A stretch of 28,941 nucleotides of DNA from a virus (taxonomy: Duplodnaviria; Heunggongvirae; Uroviricota; Caudoviricetes): IMG/VR virus record IMGVR_UViG_3300049595_003752, positions 76,163-105,103 of that record; one strand, written 5' to 3'. This document shows positions 26,564 to 28,941 of the stretch, one piece after another. How positions within the stretch are numbered: the first letter of the stretch is position 1; each line of letters begins with the position of its first letter. The notes under the pieces were generated by a model that was not told the DNA's origin, searched no databases, and saw only the letters and a program-made list of their open reading frames with translations. The translations under genes were made by a program, and so were the position numbers.

Positions 26564-27493
26564 GGAAAGAAAAGAATTGAAATACCTGAAGATGTTTTAT
26601 TAGAAATGGTAAGATTATATAATGAAGAATATGTTGGTACCCCATCATTGTCAGATAGATTTGGTTACCATAAATCTATTATATTAAGAAGTTTTAAAAA
26701 CAAAGGTGTTGTCTTAGGTCCATCTGGTCGTAAATGGACTGGTGGTAGAGAGATTGCTGATAAAAAATGGAGAGAAAAAAATAAAGAAAAATTATCCGAA
26801 TATCATAAAGAATGGTCAGAAAAAAACCGAGAATATTTACGTGAATATCATGCCAAATGGCGTGAAGTAAATCGTGAATCATTAAACGAATATAAAAGAC
26901 ATTACGAAAAAACCAAAAAAGATTCTGACCCAGCTTATAAATTGGCTTGTTACACCAGAACTGCCATCTATACTTGTTTAAAAGAAAGAAATGTTGATAA
27001 ATATAAAAATACTTTTGATTTATTACCTTATACGTTGGAAGAGCTGATTCAACATTTGGAACTTAGATTTCAAGAAGGTATGTCGTGGGATAATTATGGA
27101 AGATGGCATGTTGATCACATTAAACCAATGGTTTCTTTTAATATTAAAGAACCGACTGATAAAGAATTTCAAGATTGTTGGTCTTTAAGTAATTTACAAC
27201 CATTATGGGAACAAGATAATTTATCCAAAGGTGGTAGATATTTATATTATATGCCAAAGAACTATATACCATACGATCTAGCCTTAAAATTGAATGAAAA
27301 GGGTTATAATGTATCCACTCATGCTTATTATAACATCTATAATAAACATATATTTATTCACACACCTGTCAATCATAATGAAGCTATATGGGCACCAACT
27401 TTTGGTGAGACTATTGATTGGTTCAAAGAAAATTACGATATTGATGTACAACCAAATGTAGAATCTATTGAAGAGGCTTTGAATAAAATATGA
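26561..27493 (+). CDS. HNH-type homing endonuclease (26561-27250) fused in frame to a separate small gene (27251-27493)
   Basis: N-terminal HTH-like region, K/E-rich helix, MSWDNYGRWHVDHIKP...NLQPLWEQDNLSKG, then RYLYY-MPKNYIPYDLALKLNEKGY... with its own promoter-like motif and ATG. Confidence 0.8.
   Translation: MGKKRIEIPEDVLLEMVRLYNEEYVGTPSLSDRFGYHKSIILRSFKNKGVVLGPSGRKWTGGREIADKKWREKNKEKLSEYHKEWSEKNREYLREYHAKWREVNRESLNEYKRHYEKTKKDSDPAYKLACYTRTAIYTCLKERNVDKYKNTFDLLPYTLEELIQHLELRFQEGMSWDNYGRWHVDHIKPMVSFNIKEPTDKEFQDCWSLSNLQPLWEQDNLSKGGRYLYYMPKNYIPYDLALKLNEKGYNVSTHAYYNIYNKHIFIHTPVNHNEAIWAPTFGETIDWFKENYDIDVQPNVESIEEALNKI
27238..27253 (+). repeat. 16-bp direct repeat, right copy
   Basis: Identical to 26548-26563. 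Confidence 0.9.
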
Positions 27494-27807
27494 AAGATTT
27501 AATTCTTAAAATACTAAAAGAATCGGAAGATGAATTTGATTGGATTGAGTCACCTTTCGGTATTGACGATAATCTAATGAACTATCTAATCCAAAATTAC
27601 CGTGTTGGGGAATATAATGACGTGGCAAAAGAGTTCTTAGGCATTAAATACGTGATGGTTGATGATAAAATGTACCCACTTGAAGGCCATAAAAAACAAT
27701 TAACTAATAAAATCTATTGGGAGGTTGTTGATGAATTTCCTAACATGAACCAACCTGTTTTAAGAAGAACAATTAAAACTTTTTTAAACAATATCACTAG
27801 TAACTAA
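27490..27807 (+). CDS. Hypothetical protein with MKDLILKILKE N-terminal tag
   Basis: 105-aa ORF with ATGA overlap. Confidence 0.8.
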   Translation: MKDLILKILKESEDEFDWIESPFGIDDNLMNYLIQNYRVGEYNDVAKEFLGIKYVMVDDKMYPLEGHKKQLTNKIYWEVVDEFPNMNQPVLRRTIKTFLNNITSN

Positions 27808-28086
27808 ATGTTGCCACACATTACCGTCCCAAAATTCTAATCTGTTTAATTCTTGATTCCAAATTACAGTTCCGATAGAGTGTAATCTACCCGTAACCCA
27901 CATATCACCATCAGCATCTAAAACAAGTCTTTCTTGACCCCCTAAATTAACTTGCCACATGTTTGGGTATGTATCGTTTGTAAGTGGGCCTCCAATGGTT
28001 ATTACATCACCACCTAAATCAATATCATAATGTAATTCTTCCGAATGTAGTATAAGACGGTGTTTTTTAATTCTTTTTTTAATCAC
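27784..28086 (-). CDS. Hypothetical beta-rich protein; start uncertain (GTG 28086 preferred over ATG 28131)
   Basis: The ATG at 28131 falls inside the terminator hairpin 28101-28132. The remaining ORF reads (M)IKKRIKK...WNQELNRLEFWDGNVWQHL. Confidence 0.55.
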   Translation of the reverse strand: MIKKRIKKHRLILHSEELHYDIDLGGDVITIGGPLTNDTYPNMWQVNLGGQERLVLDADGDMWVTGRLHSIGTVIWNQELNRLEFWDGNVWQHLVTSDIV

Positions 28087-28090
28087 AAAA

Positions 28091-28132
28091 CAAAAATAAA
28101 AATGGGAAGTACTTTTGTAAATACTTCCCATT
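28091..28132 (-). terminator. Intrinsic terminator for 28155..28913
   Basis: aatgggaagta / tacttcccatt 11-bp stem, followed by a T-rich tract on the minus strand. Confidence 0.75.
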
Positions 28133-28154
28133 CTATTATATATGATTAAAAAAA

Positions 28155-28913
28155 TTAACCTTTATAAGTATCGTCTTTGATGCCTCTTTCTTTAGCTAAT
28201 TCCTTATTGGTCTTACCTTTAAGAGTTGTATTAACCACTTTCATAACATCTTGTGGTATAATCTCCATTAATTCCATCATACCTACAGCTGTAACTGGAA
28301 TATCTTTAGAATCCCAAATTGTGGTTGCTGAATGACCTGTTTTGGTTTTGTCATAGTGAAAAGCCACCTTAGAAAAGATGTTATCACGAGTTTGTTCTTC
28401 TTTGATTGATTTGTCAATCACAAACACAAGAACACCATTCTCAGTGTATTGGTTAAAATACTTTTTAAAGTCATTTTGGTCGGAAGAAACACACCACTTA
28501 GTTGACTTACCGTAAACATTAGAACTACGAGAAGTAAGTGGTTGGAGTACTACAAATCTGTCGTCTTCGTGTACAGTAATAGTTTCAAATTTCTTAACTT
28601 GACTCTTAGTCACTTTTTCACGTGCCAATTTAATTGTGTCAACAATTTCTTGGTTAGAACCATAAGAGTAGATATCTTTATTTTCTAAAAGATTTTTATC
28701 AGAAAGTTCTTCAAATTCTTTTACAATATCAAACATTTCTTTAAATGTATTTGACTTTAATTCTTCTTTAAGCCAATCCACCCAAGATTCTGCTTGTTTA
28801 ACCATAAACGGTAAGTATTTATTAGTACTTGAAGGATCATTTTTAGCCAAAATTTCAACTAAATCAATAACAAATTTTGGGTTCTGTTCTTTAAGGTCTT
28901 TCTTTTTTGCCAT
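28155..28913 (-). CDS. Hypothetical protein, paralogue of the N-terminal domain of 8949..11720
   Basis: DPSSTNKYLPFM, YGKSTKWCVS and YFNQYTENGVLVFVIDK motifs. Confidence 0.8.
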   Translation of the reverse strand: MAKKKDLKEQNPKFVIDLVEILAKNDPSSTNKYLPFMVKQAESWVDWLKEELKSNTFKEMFDIVKEFEELSDKNLLENKDIYSYGSNQEIVDTIKLAREKVTKSQVKKFETITVHEDDRFVVLQPLTSRSSNVYGKSTKWCVSSDQNDFKKYFNQYTENGVLVFVIDKSIKEEQTRDNIFSKVAFHYDKTKTGHSATTIWDSKDIPVTAVGMMELMEIIPQDVMKVVNTTLKGKTNKELAKERGIKDDTYKG

Positions 28914-28933
28914 ATCTTATTTGTATTACAGTA

Positions 28934-28941
28934 CAAAGATA
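28934..28941 (-). promoter_or_regulatory. Bacteroidota -7 promoter element TATCTTTG
   Basis: Minus strand TATCTTTG ends 20 nt upstream of the 28913 ATG. The -33 element would lie outside the window. Confidence 0.65.

Noticed and set aside
21869-26882. Nested or antisense ORFs 21869, 23185, 23675, 24620, 25372, 26694
   Set aside because: Shadow frames of the zinc-ribbon, scaffold, capsid and HNH genes.
1-28941. tRNA, rRNA genes or introns
   Set aside because: Intergenic gaps are short (about 140 nt or less), no cloverleaf was seen, and terL, portal and capsid genes are uninterrupted.

Overview
AT-rich segment of a large T4-like tailed phage genome covering the DNA-packaging and head module: terminase large subunit, gp20-like portal, gp21-like prohead protease, acidic scaffold and gp23-like major capsid protein. 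Accessory genes are interspersed: glutamine synthetase type II, a CCA-adding enzyme fused to a 2H phosphodiesterase, a Pol-beta-type nucleotidyltransferase, a SprT-like metallopeptidase, a DUF4494-like protein, two HNH-type endonucleases and two Cys-rich repeat proteins. TTTG-N19-TATCTTTG promoter elements, DUF4494 and no obvious Shine-Dalgarno motifs point to a Bacteroidota host (inference). The main unexplained structure is threefold. (1) An ATATTTAT motif precedes most genes and lies exactly 5 nt before the ATG in five accessory genes, suggesting leaderless late mRNAs. (2) Unrelated accessory proteins share an N-terminal 'M-(K/R)-x-x-I-x-K-I-L-(K/R)-E' tag resembling T4-type head targeting/cleavage signals. 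(3) One tagged protein is a complete tRNA 3'-end repair enzyme. Together these suggest a capsid-loaded cargo (enzyme delivery) system. Family assignments come from motif recognition, not from database searches.
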